A stretch of DNA of 58,740 nt, counting the filler, from Sphacelaria rigidula (lineage: Eukaryota): NCBI GenBank assembly GCA_964200075.2. It is 7 parts of 7 records of this genome, joined end to end, with 100 filler letters (N's around TTAATTAATTAA, not from the genome) between each part and the next. Parts side by side here need not be neighbours in the genome. Positions count along the whole stretch, not along the records: positions 42,031 to 50,335 come from CAXNAA020011587.1; positions 50,436 to 58,740 come from CAXNAA020011588.1; 5 more parts are not named here. One strand, written 5' to 3'. A model generated the notes under the pieces. That model did no database searches. It saw only the letters and a list, made by a program, of their open reading frames with translations, and was not told the origin of the DNA. Of the stretch, positions 47,892 through 58,740 are shown piece by piece (positions within the stretch are counted from its first letter, which is position 1; every line of letters begins with the position of its first letter). Both the position numbers and the translations under genes were made by a program.

Positions 47892-48117
47892 CGCACCCAT
47901 TTGTTGCTTGCCTCAGTCGTTTGACTATTGACTTTTCGAGACGGGGCGTGATCAACGGTCAAACGACTAAGGCAAGAAACAAATGAGTACGCTCCCCCCC
48001 CCCGGTATCGATCGAAGGCACTTGCGGATGATACTTCCCTCGGGTTTTTGTCGCATACTGGCTAGCCTCTTCAAACCTCATTTCATTGATTAACCTCATT
48101 TCATAGGATCCCCTGTT
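47601..48117. mobile_element. Fold-back MITE with long inverted arms (CAGGGG termini)
   Basis: aacaggggat.ctatgaaatgag...ggctagccagtatgcgacaaaaacccgagggaagtatc.tccgcaagtgccttcgatcgataccgggg is mirrored at 48000-48117. A small internal N gap carries a probable assembly duplication. Confidence 0.85.
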
Positions 48118-48279
48118 ACAGGAGCTTTTACTTTTTTTATTTGTTTTTAGTACCCCACCTTCCTTCTGCGGTGCTTGCCTTTTTATTTTATATCTCGAGA
48201 GGGGCTCAGCAGTCCCTTTCCCTCGTCGACCGTCAAGTCGTTTTTTGTGTGCCCACGACATAGCCGCTCTCCACTGCCA

Positions 48280-49290
48280 AGTTGCATAATTTGGGCAAAC
48301 GAGGAATCCTCCAACAACCTTTGCTGTAGAAATCCCGAATACTGGCTGTCAGTATATGTACATGGCCGTGATAAAAGGCAATAGACAGTGATGCCCGTTT
48401 TCAGCATGCAGGTTCCACGCTTTTACACACCATTTCGAAAACCCCGCAGTCCAGACACTCTAGAGCGTTCAAAATAGCCATATACCTCCTATATTGTACT
48501 GCAAGCTGTGGTCCCCACCACGTTCACAACTCTTTTGGCCCAACATGATATTAAGACACATTTTGGTGGGAGCCGCGGGGTCCGTTTTGTAGTGTCTAGA
48601 CTACTGGCTTTTGGAGAGGTGTGGAGAAGGCTGGAGCCTGGGTATTGCTTTGTAGTACGGCCACATGTAGTTATGCTTGTTGTTGTCTTCACATAAATAA
48701 CCTTTCCGATACGTGGTGCCCAGTGTATGAATTTTCTACAGCAAAGAAAGGCTGTTGGAGCATTCCTTTTTTGCTCAAAATTAATAAATTGGCGGACAAA
48801 ACAATAATCTTCAACAACCTTCGCTGTAAAAATCCCTAACACTGGCAACAGCTGCGTACATACGGGATTTGTACAGCAGAGGCTGTTCGAAAATCCTTGT
48901 TTCGCCCAATCTGAGTGAATTGAGTGAATTGGCAGACGAAACGAGGATAACCGAACAGCCTCTGCTGTACGATTCCCGTATGCTCAGCTGTTGCCAGTAT
49001 ATGTGACTTCAACAGCAGAGGCTGTACGATATCCTTGTTTTGCTCAAATTTGAGTAAACTGGTGTGCAAAACGAGGATTCTCGAAGAGCCTTTGCTGTAC
49101 AAATCCCATACACTGGTTGTAGTGGATATGGGCTTGTACAGCAGAGGATTTTCGAGAATCCTTGTTTTTCTAAATTTGATTGAAATTGGGCGAAACAAGG
49201 ACTCTCGAAAGACCTCTACTGTGCAAATCCCATACACACTGTAACCTGTACGGGGTTTCAACAGCTTCAGAAACAATCCAGAGGATTTCG
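48280..49290. repeat. Array of degenerate units in both orientations (aaacgaggat...aacagcct.tgctgtacaaatccc / aatccttgttt)
   Basis: Motif recurs near 48297, 48810, 48890, 48940, 49030, 49070, 49160 and 49193. Confidence 0.7.
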
Positions 49291-50686
49291 ATGTTGACAC
49301 AAACCCTCTAGGGGGATTCCGATGTTGAGAGCACTCTGGAGTATTGTGGATGCCCTACCCTTCAGAGGATTGCGGATGCCATATCGATCCTCGAGTGGGA
49401 AAGTTCAAAACAGACTGCATGTTGGAAGACGTTTAAAAAAAAAAATCACTGGAGGATTTTCTAGGGTAACCGAATGGTCACGTGTGTGAAGAGAGTAACA
49501 TAACCGGAGTTTGGTTTTATGCCCTAGGTGTGGCGCTATGGGCGGAAAGGTACCTCGACCAATCAGCGATTCTCAATGTGGTGTGAGTTGAATACAAGTT
49601 CCTCACTCAATTCTAACCAAAGCTAGTATGCGTCAAACCGTGGTGACTACTGTCAGCTCGGTGTCTGACAGAGAAAACAGATTCGAAAACCGTTAAAGAC
49701 GGACCAAACTGTGTCAATTGACAAAGGTTGAGAAAACAGTTTTGAACGTTTGGCCGGGCCAAAAGCGGCCACTTTCCCTCAGGTAACAACAGTCATTTCG
49801 ATTATGTAGACGTAGTTTAGGAAATCGAAGTGTTTTGTCTCTATAGCTGTCCCGAAATTCGGTACATAACATACATGTTGTTAGCGTCTGTGACCTCTCT
49901 ACAGACGCTCTACAGACGGGAGTCAGTAAAGTAGAGCAACGAAAGGTCCAGATTGCAGTATTGACGTATCCTTCTGCACCACGCTAGCAACAGTCAGATC
50001 ACCACCATAGGTATTATTTTTCACTCCGCATGTCAAGAAGGTCTCCACAAGTGTTTGATCTCTCTCACACACACCCCAACTGGGCTGTGGCAGGCTCTTG
50101 TGGTCGGGCACCTGGATGGTCATCTATGTCATGTCGGTTACAATCAACGATGAAGACACCCCCCAAGCTCGAATTGGATCTGCTATTTTGCCGCAGCGCA
50201 CCGTCCTTGCTGGCATGTGTGTGACAGAGACCAGTAGTAGCCGTGACGGGAACATTTCACACGTCGGACGGATCAGGTCGTGACCGATCCGGGTCAGCTC
50301 ATTTGGGGCATAAATCATGATCTGTACGAGGTGTGNNNNNNNNNNNNNNNNNNNNNNNNNNNNNNNNNNNNNNNNNNNNTTAATTAATTAANNNNNNNNN
50401 NNNNNNNNNNNNNNNNNNNNNNNNNNNNNNNNNNNGTGTGTCTTGTGGCGTGAGTGCTGGGGGTGAGATGTCGGGTTTTGCGCTCAGGGGTGGGGGGGGT
50501 GTTGGGGAGAACATAGGCCGTGTTCCTCTCTCATCCCGGAGATATGCACTCTACTCACGGTACTCTGATTCGCCTCTTACACGTTCGTTTCGGATCCACT
50601 TTCTCGCTTTCGTGTGCTTCGTTCGATGGTGGATCCTCGGTTGTGCCGATTCCCCTTGTGTCGTTTCCGTTTCTTGGCAAGCGCAG

Positions 50687-53600
50687 TCAATCACCGATGA
50701 CGATCGCCATTCTCGCGGATAAAGCTTCGGCGGTGGAATTTCTTCTTCAACGGGGTGCTCTCTTGAACGATGGGGGCGGAACCGGACGGACATCCGCCGA
50801 AGATCGCCGTCCGATTCTGTGAGGCGCACGAATTTTCGGATACCACTGTGTCCCATATAGGCTAGAATATGGCGGTGCTCGACAGCGTTTGACGATCATA
50901 AATTCCCGGTGCTATTTTGTGTGGTTACGAGTGTTTTGTCCGCAATTAGAGTGGTGGATGGCTCGACCCTCACTCTCCACACACACTGCGCCTGAAACCA
51001 CAGTTCGCCCTTCTGGCGTGCTCTCAGTGCCTGACTTTAGCTGTTTCGTGAAGTGTACTTACTCTTTCTCGGTACACATGGCCAAACTACTCGGCAGTGC
51101 GTTATGATGCTGTCTACAGAACTTCTGTCTTCGTTGACGGTCAAAATAATCGTTTGAAAAACTGCTGAAAATCGTTTTGGGAGGTTAAACGAATCTGCGG
51201 TCCGAGACCGTTAAAGCAGATAACTCAGCTGCAATTCCCTTCTTACCTTTCCTGCAGCATATATGACCCACTCGAGCTTGCTCTACGAAAGGGGCACTTG
51301 TCATGCGCGGCGGCTTTGGTAGAGGGAGGAGCGCATATCACGCCGCGGGCACTGCAGGGTGTGAAGCTCGAAGCGTCTCAACCGGCGGCAGTTAACCGGT
51401 GGGTGCTGAGATGATGGCGTGGGCCCACCCTTCGCAACTGGTTCGGTGTCAAATTCAGTACGGTCTATACCAAATGTATGTATTGCTCATTTTTGGGCTT
51501 TTCCTGGATTTTGCGCTGCCTTACTCATCAATCTCCATCATCACGGGGTGGTACTATACAGCGAGGAGAAGGTAGCAATCATGATACGTTTCCTGCTTAT
51601 TGCTTGCCTACGATGTTCCCATCTCCGTCCTCGTAGGACGCACTGGCCCACCCTCTTCTTCGTGCCGTACCTGCCATGCTCCGCCATCCTCTCAGCAGAC
51701 CTGCCGATTCAGGAACACGCTTGCGTTATGCGGGAGGAGGCCTGTTCGGCACGGGGTACGCAACAGACACAAATTCGCCCCCGGTCGCAGGCGCTACGAC
51801 GCTATCCTTTAAGGCGGACATTCTCGATCAGATGTCGTCTGAGTTAGTAGAAATGGAAGAGTCGGCCTCGGGTAACGGTGGCGAGGTGCTCCTCGACTCG
51901 GAACAAATTCAAGCTGCCCTTCAAATGAGGTACGACCCCCACGGGTCAAGCGATGGTGAAGCATCTGCCGTTGGACAAGACACCAGAATCGCGCGGACGG
52001 TGGCGGCGGGAATGACGGCAGGGGTACCGGCAAGCAACGGTCGTTCCATCACCTCAGACAACAAGGAGCGAAACCACGTGCGTGTGGGGGGACTGTTGGC
52101 CGGCCTTGGAGAGTGCGACGTCGTCTTGGTCTTGGCAGATGGGTGTCGCTTGCCCGTTCACGCATGCCTTCTGGCAGCATTCAGCGGAACATTTCGGGAT
52201 TTGTTCCTACCGGCGCCTGGTGCCCGTCGTCACCGCCACCGAGATTGTCCGGACTGCCTCTCCATTGACTGCCGCTGCTACCCTCGCTGCCGCCATCACG
52301 ACAGCTCTGGACACGGTACGGTTGCGGACACAGAGCCGAAGCCGCTAACAAGTGCCCTCACGCCTACCTGTGGGGATGTAGGAGGTGCTTCGTCAAATAG
52401 CCGGATTTCTGCGACCGGTGGGGACATGTCGACGAACGTGGAGCCAGTGGTTGATGAAACTTGTGGCAATGAAACGGTCCACGGGACTAAGAATGTCGGT
52501 GGAGATGGTGACCTAGATGAGAGTAGTAGGAACGCATCACGCAGTATTAATAGCAGCGTGCAATCAAGGGAGAGCGAAATGCCGTTGGTCAGACCAGTAT
52601 CGCCCGATATTCGAAAGGTGGCGCCAGAAGATGAAAATGGACGAACGCAGGCAGGGGCTAAAAACGACACGGTGGGAGCAGCACATAGCGCACTGTCGGG
52701 CGAGGTGCCTGCGACCCCGAAGAGTGCGAACCAGGAGGAATGGCGTTCCAGAGTTGATGCCGTGTACGCTTTGCTTGTCGAGGAAAACGAGAAAAAATTT
52801 GGCCTGGCGACGGCCAAGGCGCGGTCGACAGAATCCAAAAATCTTTGCGTGACCCCGACAACTTTGACTGGATCGTGCGACGAGGAGGGAGACATTGCCG
52901 CGCGAAACGCAGCAACAGCAGCAGCAGCAGCAGCAGCGGCCCTAGCCCTGCGAGGTCCTGCTGGAGTTGGGGCTGTTCGAGAGCCATCGGCAGCGATGGG
53001 GTGGGGGACGGCAAGAGGTGAGGTATGGGTGAGGTTCTGGGGACCGAAGGTGATGACGGCGATTGTCAGGCATTGCTACTGTGGCAGGCCGCCAAGCGGT
53101 GTGCACCATCCGGCAGAGCTGGCGAAGATTCTCGTGGCAGCTGCTTTGTTTCGGATGACAAGGTATGTGTGAGTACTTACGGCCTTTCTTGGTGTCATGG
53201 CCACGGTTGCTACGAGTCCAAGCGTGCGGATTTTTCCCGAGCATGGTTTTTCATCCTCCGTCTACCATGTTATTTTATTCTATTTAATCTGCTCTTTACT
53301 TTTCCTTTACTTTTCCTGTTTTTGTTTTTGTTTTAGGTCGGCCATTTCTTCCTGTGCTTCGCTTGTTTTGACTTTTTTTCTATCATTATTTTGTTGTTAC
53401 TTCTTAATCTACCATGTCGGTCTGTCCGACTTTTTTTCTTTTTTTCTCTTTCCTGTTCCTTCTGTTCTCCAGCGAGTGTTTCACTTTTTGTTTTTGTTGG
53501 GTACGTCCATCATGAGACCACGGCTGGACCCCTTTGGGGTCAGTTAAAGTGCGACAATCAAATCAACCAAATCAACCATCCATCGAGTAGGGTATGATGC

Positions 53601-56355
53601 ACGCCGTACGTCGGAAAGTCACCGTGTTTTAGTGCTTGCATCGAACAAGCTCGCAGCTCCCAGCGCAACTAGCCGTTGCACTTATCTGCCAACAGGTTGA
53701 TGCGACAGGTGGAAGCTCTCCTTTTTGCCACCCTGGTACAACAACCGAAGAGCAAAAAACTGACCGACCACTGTCGAGCTGGGACCATGCTGCGGGCAGC
53801 GCGGGCGCTCGGCGCGGTGGATTTAGAAAGCCGATGCACGCTTTTACTTCAGGCCAACGGTACCTTGCGCGAAGTGATGAAGGTACGTGAGACACCCACT
53901 CGATCTGCAGCCCTACCCTTAGAGACATTCAGTACGGCCTTACAAGTGAGTTTTGCCTTGTGCAGTTCCGATTCCATTACTCGAGTCCACGAATGAGTCG
54001 CGTTGTGCCGGACTCTCCTCGTTGCATATGCTCCAGCTGTTTGAGGTAACTGACGATATCTGGTGCATTGTAGACTCCTCAAGATGCCCGTGATCGTATT
54101 TGAGAACAGCTGTTGCGCATTCCATCGAAGTTTGGCTGCTTTAGCCGTCGAAATCTCCACGAGCCGCCACTTGTGCAAGTCGAAAGCATTCGTATGATGC
54201 ACAAAAATTGGATGGATGCCCCGTAACTGTTTCGCGTGTGTGTGCGTGTTGTTTTTGTGCATTATTGTTCTCATGAAGAATCTCTTACCGACGAGTTGCA
54301 TTTTTGTTTGTGAGTTTGTCTCACCTTTTGACTGGTCATCACAGCCCGTAACTGTCTCCAGGAGCGGGACGCCCGCGCCCACCCGTGCACCATAACCCTT
54401 CCCGTGTATCTCAACTCCGTCCCTCAATTGCTCTTTATCCTTGACCTGTTACCCATAAGCTAAAACGCATGTCGACGTAACTAACCTTATATCCGTGTTG
54501 AATGATATACGTCCGTGGAACCACTGCAGCTGCGGAAAGAGCTAGGCATCCCGTCGCTGAATCTGTCAGACGTGAGCGGGGGGCTAGATCGCCTGAACGG
54601 GAAGGGATACCTTGGATCAGGACCCGCACACGCTTGGTCGTCGACGGCTATACCGGGCTCTGGCGTCGCCGAGGGTGCTGCTGTACGAGCTGCGACGGCT
54701 GCAGCGAAGCGAACGGTCGATTTGTCATTCCGGAAGCGAGCGGTGGAGTTCGATCAGCTCGTGCCGCTACTTCTCGACCCCACCAGGCATGAATAGATGG
54801 CACCAGGTCGCGTTTTCGGCCGCACTGTTGCGGGGCTGCTAAAGTCACTTTGTGCCTTCATTCCTGTTTTGTGGGCTGTGTGATGCTCGCGTACTGTCGC
54901 AGCTATACATGCGCTCGCGACCAGCTCGTTGATCTCGTCGGAGTCGTGCCCGGGCAGAGCTGTCACCGTATCGTATGTCTGTCGACCTGGGTTGTCTTCT
55001 CAGCCGCCACTTATTAAGTTTTTATCATTGACCTTAATTCATTGTACTTCGGTGTTCAGTGGTGAGACGTTATCCGCAGAACTGCCGCTAGTTGCACTAA
55101 TTCTAGTCATGCCCTGTGACAGTGCCCCTCGCCGTACGCTTGCTGTTCCGAACTCTCTGCTGTGTTGACACACTCGTTCTACTTTCATCCGATGTATGTC
55201 CAACACAGATGTTCTTCAGCTTTGTCGATTGGCCGACGTGAACGCATTCTACTCCTCAAAGCCGCAATGGACGAGGCCTGCCGCGGTTGGCCGAGCCCTA
55301 CGTCTACTTCAATTGGTCTCGGTGGCCGAAAGGGATCGAGCGTGCACGACGACCTCATACCACGCCATCATCATTCCCGGAAAGCTAGTTGGTGTTGCGC
55401 GGACGGTGGTATCGTCGCTGTACCTGCAGCGTCCAATTTCGCGGCGTTCTCTCACGGAGTGAGTTGGCTACTGTCTAGCGGGGTCGCGGCAGACGTTGCA
55501 TTGATTTTGACTCTACCTTCGTCAGAAATCGGAGATCAGGCTCATCAGCAGCAAGCCAGCGACATGCTTCAGATGCAAAACGGCGACAGCATGTACGACG
55601 GGCATGCCAATGCACAACTGCAGCCCCAAGCGCCATCATCACCTCGAGAAACCGACAGACATGGGGAAGGGGCTGCACCAACCGCTCGCTCGCGTTTTGT
55701 TTTCCTTGCGCACTCGGTGGTCCTCGGAGCGAGGTCGGAGAAATTCGCCGCGATGCTTAGGTTCGTCCGCATGCAAGACGACGCCCGAGGCTGTGTCTCT
55801 GACGACGGCGACAATGGCAGCGACAAGAGTGGCAGTTACAACAGCGTCAGTGACGGCCACGACGACGAGAACCAGGAGGAAGTGGTACGGCGGGATAATA
55901 CAAGTCCCGATGGCGACGCAACCGACCCTCACCTTGTGTCATTGAAGTCAGAAGAAGCGATGTCGGTGACACGTGCCGGACGGCGGCAGCCGCTGACGAT
56001 TCAAGGATTGGAGGGAGATCAAAGGCATCCAGAGGTGCTAGCAGTAACATCAGAGAGGTCAACAAGTTCCGATATGTCGTCTTGTAGCTTCTACGGCTGC
56101 TATGGGGCAGCGGCTGTACGCTGGGATGACTGCACGCGGCCCGTTACCGTCAGGGATCGAGTGCCGAGGGAGCTGGAGCTGCACTCTCCCCTGCTGTCGC
56201 CTCGTTCGCTGGGACTGTTCCTGGAGTTCTGTTACACCGGTGTATTGGACCCAAGCTTGTCTGTTGCTGAGTTGTCAGAGCTGGCGCTTCTGGCTGACGA
56301 GTATCTAACGCCTGACTTGACGCAGCAGGTGGAGATTATTCTGGTGGAGATCTTG
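50687..56355 (+). CDS. Ankyrin-repeat + two BTB/POZ domain protein (internal exons)
   Basis: Exons 50687-50818, 51258-51398, (51562-51571?), 51637-53162, 53696-53882, 54530-54786, 55209-56355. ANK-like: SPMTIAILADKASAVEFLLQRGA and DPLELALRKGHLSCAAALVEGGA. BTB1: CDVVLVL..LPVHACLLAAFSGTFRDLF...IVRHCYCG. BTB2: ADVALIL...FLAHSVVLGARSEKFAAML...FLEFCYTG...LADEY. Confidence 0.85.
53240..53580 (+). mobile_element. Retroposon 3' tail (T-rich UTR + aaagtgcgacaatcaaatcaa), intronic
   Basis: gggtacgtccatcatgagaccacggctggacccc...ggtcagttaaagtgcgacaatcaa. Confidence 0.75.
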
Positions 56356-58662
56356 GTAAGTTCCTTCTTCTTGTGTGGAGAATCGTGAAAACGCTGTTTG
56401 TGCGAGGAGGCATGTCCTTCAGTTCACGCCCTCCACCCACCCACCCACCCACCCACCCACTTTTGTAGCCTCATCGAAATATCTTACGCATAAAGTTTAT
56501 CCACATTGGCAGAAAACGAAAACAGTGTGAACACTTTCTATGATAGCCCCCCGCCCCCGAACAAGAGCGAGGTCAATGGTCTTATGACTATTTCATGCAC
56601 GATCATGAGTACACCCCAAACAAAAACTGCCGAAAAGTGTCACGAACAAAATGGCCACACAGCGCCTGATGTTTGGGTTCAGGTTGCATGAAGCGCCCCA
56701 TGTTGACGACATTGGCGAGAACGAACCCAAGCTTGGAAAATTCCCAGCTGCTCGTCGTGCTCGGCTTTTCCCGTTTCGATTGAGGTGAAAATTTTGCCTC
56801 CCCAAACCATGCACTTTTTGGGGGAGGGGGGCGTACTCATTTGTTGCTTGCCTTAGTCGTTGGACCATTGACCACGCATCCCTTTCGAGACGGAGCACTT
56901 TTTTGGGGGTGGGACATCGTAGAAAGTGTCTGTGAAGGCCTCTGCAAGCAGCCATATCGGCTGCAGGAGTAATTCAACTTCAGCACACAACTCAGTAGTT
57001 GAACTGATCTCGTCCCACATCCTTCTGATGGCGTGTGGTGTGTTGTTCTGGGAGCTCCAAAGCTGAGCTGACTCATAGTTTTTTTTTGTATATACCATTT
57101 TAGTTCGACCTTTCTGAAACGCAGTCAATTCCTTTTATTCTGTCGGAAAGAGGGAATCAGAGAATCGCCCCCTCCCCGACCATGCTCCGTCTCGAAAGGG
57201 ATGCGTGGTCAATGGTCGAACGACTAAGGCAAGCAACAGATGAGTACGCCCCCCCCCCTCCCCGGCCCCCATCCCAAATTCGGGCTGACGTAGAACATTC
57301 GGGTGTTGAGCAATTTTTCACTCGGAGGTCTATGTGCCATCTGCTGTGTGAACAGTATTGCAGTCTTTCTTGTAGCAGCGCCATTGTGCAGGAATCCGTC
57401 CTTCTTGTCTAGATTGGCGCAGTGATCACTTTGAGGTTTGGTCGTAGAATGTGGGGCGGTCGATTTTGCACAACCAGGATCGGTGCAGAACATGTGAGCG
57501 GCTCTCGGGTATTCGCAACCGCACCATCCTGCTGCAGCCATAACTATTTTCGGAACATCAGCACCCAACACTTTCTCTCGATCTGGTACCCTCGCACACT
57601 GCCACCATCGCTCCGTTGCCTCGCTTGAACCCCAAATTCAGAACTCGCAGGAAGCCGAAAGTTGGCACACGGAGTCAGAAGCTGCAGCGTCAACTGTGTT
57701 GGAGCTTCTGCAGCTGGGGGTTACTCTAGGGTTGGGCGACTTGTCGGCTGCAGCAGCGCGCGCGGTCTTGCTTCATCTACCTGCTGTGTGCACGTCGGGA
57801 GTTTTCGCTTCATGTGGTATGACGAAACGCGAGCTGGTCGTGGCGGCTCTTGAGGCGGTCTGATGAAACGTCTTCTTTGCTGTTGCTGGTGCTATATGTT
57901 CCATGTACTGTAGTGTAGGTGGCGCCGTGGGTGTGATGATTTCGTAGTGTCCCCACCTTTAACGACGACCTAGAGGGTACGTGCGGTACGAACACTCTGT
58001 GAATCGACGACTGGTTGGATCGTGTCCTCGCGTTTCTGTCCAAACGTGGTTGCCTTATTTAGTCGCCTGTGTGTGCTCGCGAGGAACAATGTCTTCGTGA
58101 GATTGAGTGTAGGGTGCTGTTTGGCAGTAGGTTTTATTATTCGCTTTAGCTTGGCCAATTTCCCATTCCGTGTGTGCTTCTCTTTGCCTGTGTCACTGGC
58201 GTGTGCTTACAGCTACATGTCGCTATACTACTCAGATATATCAAGGGCTTCAGTGACAAGTTACTCCAGAAAGCATATTGGGCCTTGTGGAGGGGCATTC
58301 CGGAATCGAAACGATTCATTCACTTGTTGACCGCTTCTCATTTTCAATCGTATCCCCTATTCCTAGCCTCACGAAAACATTTTTGAGGGTGGTGTCAATG
58401 AAAATAGGGCTTCGGGTCGTTACGTTCCATGGAAGAGTACGGAAGATTTCCGTACGTTGTTGTACCCGGAGGTTGCTGATACAGCGAGCTGTAAATGATT
58501 AGGGACGTTGTCCAGTATCGTATTTCGAGTCGCTGGTTAGCACCAACCAGCCGTTCCTTCGCTCCTAAGGCAATATCTCGATAGTTGGACACCGGGGCTA
58601 CAGTATCAAACTTACGACACACAGTGAGAATGTTGCACATATTTTTGTGTTCCGTTTCGTTT

Positions 58663-58704
<42 letters not shown>

Positions 58705-58740
58705 CGCGGCGGGCGCGAGGGAGCAGACAGGTAGTTCTTT

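Noticed and set aside
47720..47945. Tandem duplication inside the fold-back MITE
   Set aside because: It flanks an N gap and poly-G tracts, so it is probably an assembly or sequencing artefact.
57224..58640. Short ORFs at the window end
   Set aside because: No recognisable domains or consistent exon structure.

Overview
This is eukaryotic, intron-rich DNA. The 5S-like sequence, repeat families and gene style point to a brown alga or other stramenopile (inference). The window is not one locus. It is seven size-sorted contigs of 8305-8307 bp (1-8307, 8408-16714, 16815-25120, 25221-33525, 33626-41930, 42031-50335, 50436-58740) joined by 100-nt N/TTAATTAATTAA/N linkers, so adjacency across linkers is meaningless. 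I reconstructed exon chains by hand for an EF-hand (calcineurin-B/NCS-like) gene, phosphoserine phosphatase (5' part), an IQ+WW gene (5' part), an ankyrin + double split-BTB gene (internal part) and a disabled class-V aminotransferase exon. Mobile DNA includes a spliced, decayed Sola2-like DDD transposase with a Tudor-like tail, a decayed Ty3/Gypsy pol with a chromodomain plus a second predicted barrel domain, CACACCCTGGA MITEs with 8-bp TSDs, tRNA-derived SINEs sharing a tail with a LINE-like family, a 5S rRNA-derived copy abutting one SINE, and several fold-back MITEs. I see no clear-cut new multi-gene system. The best leads are the reader-domain-bearing transposons, the 5S+tRNA composite, three predicted GC-AG introns and the CpG-type decay of the pseudogene. 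All domain and family calls come from motif recognition by eye, not from database searches.
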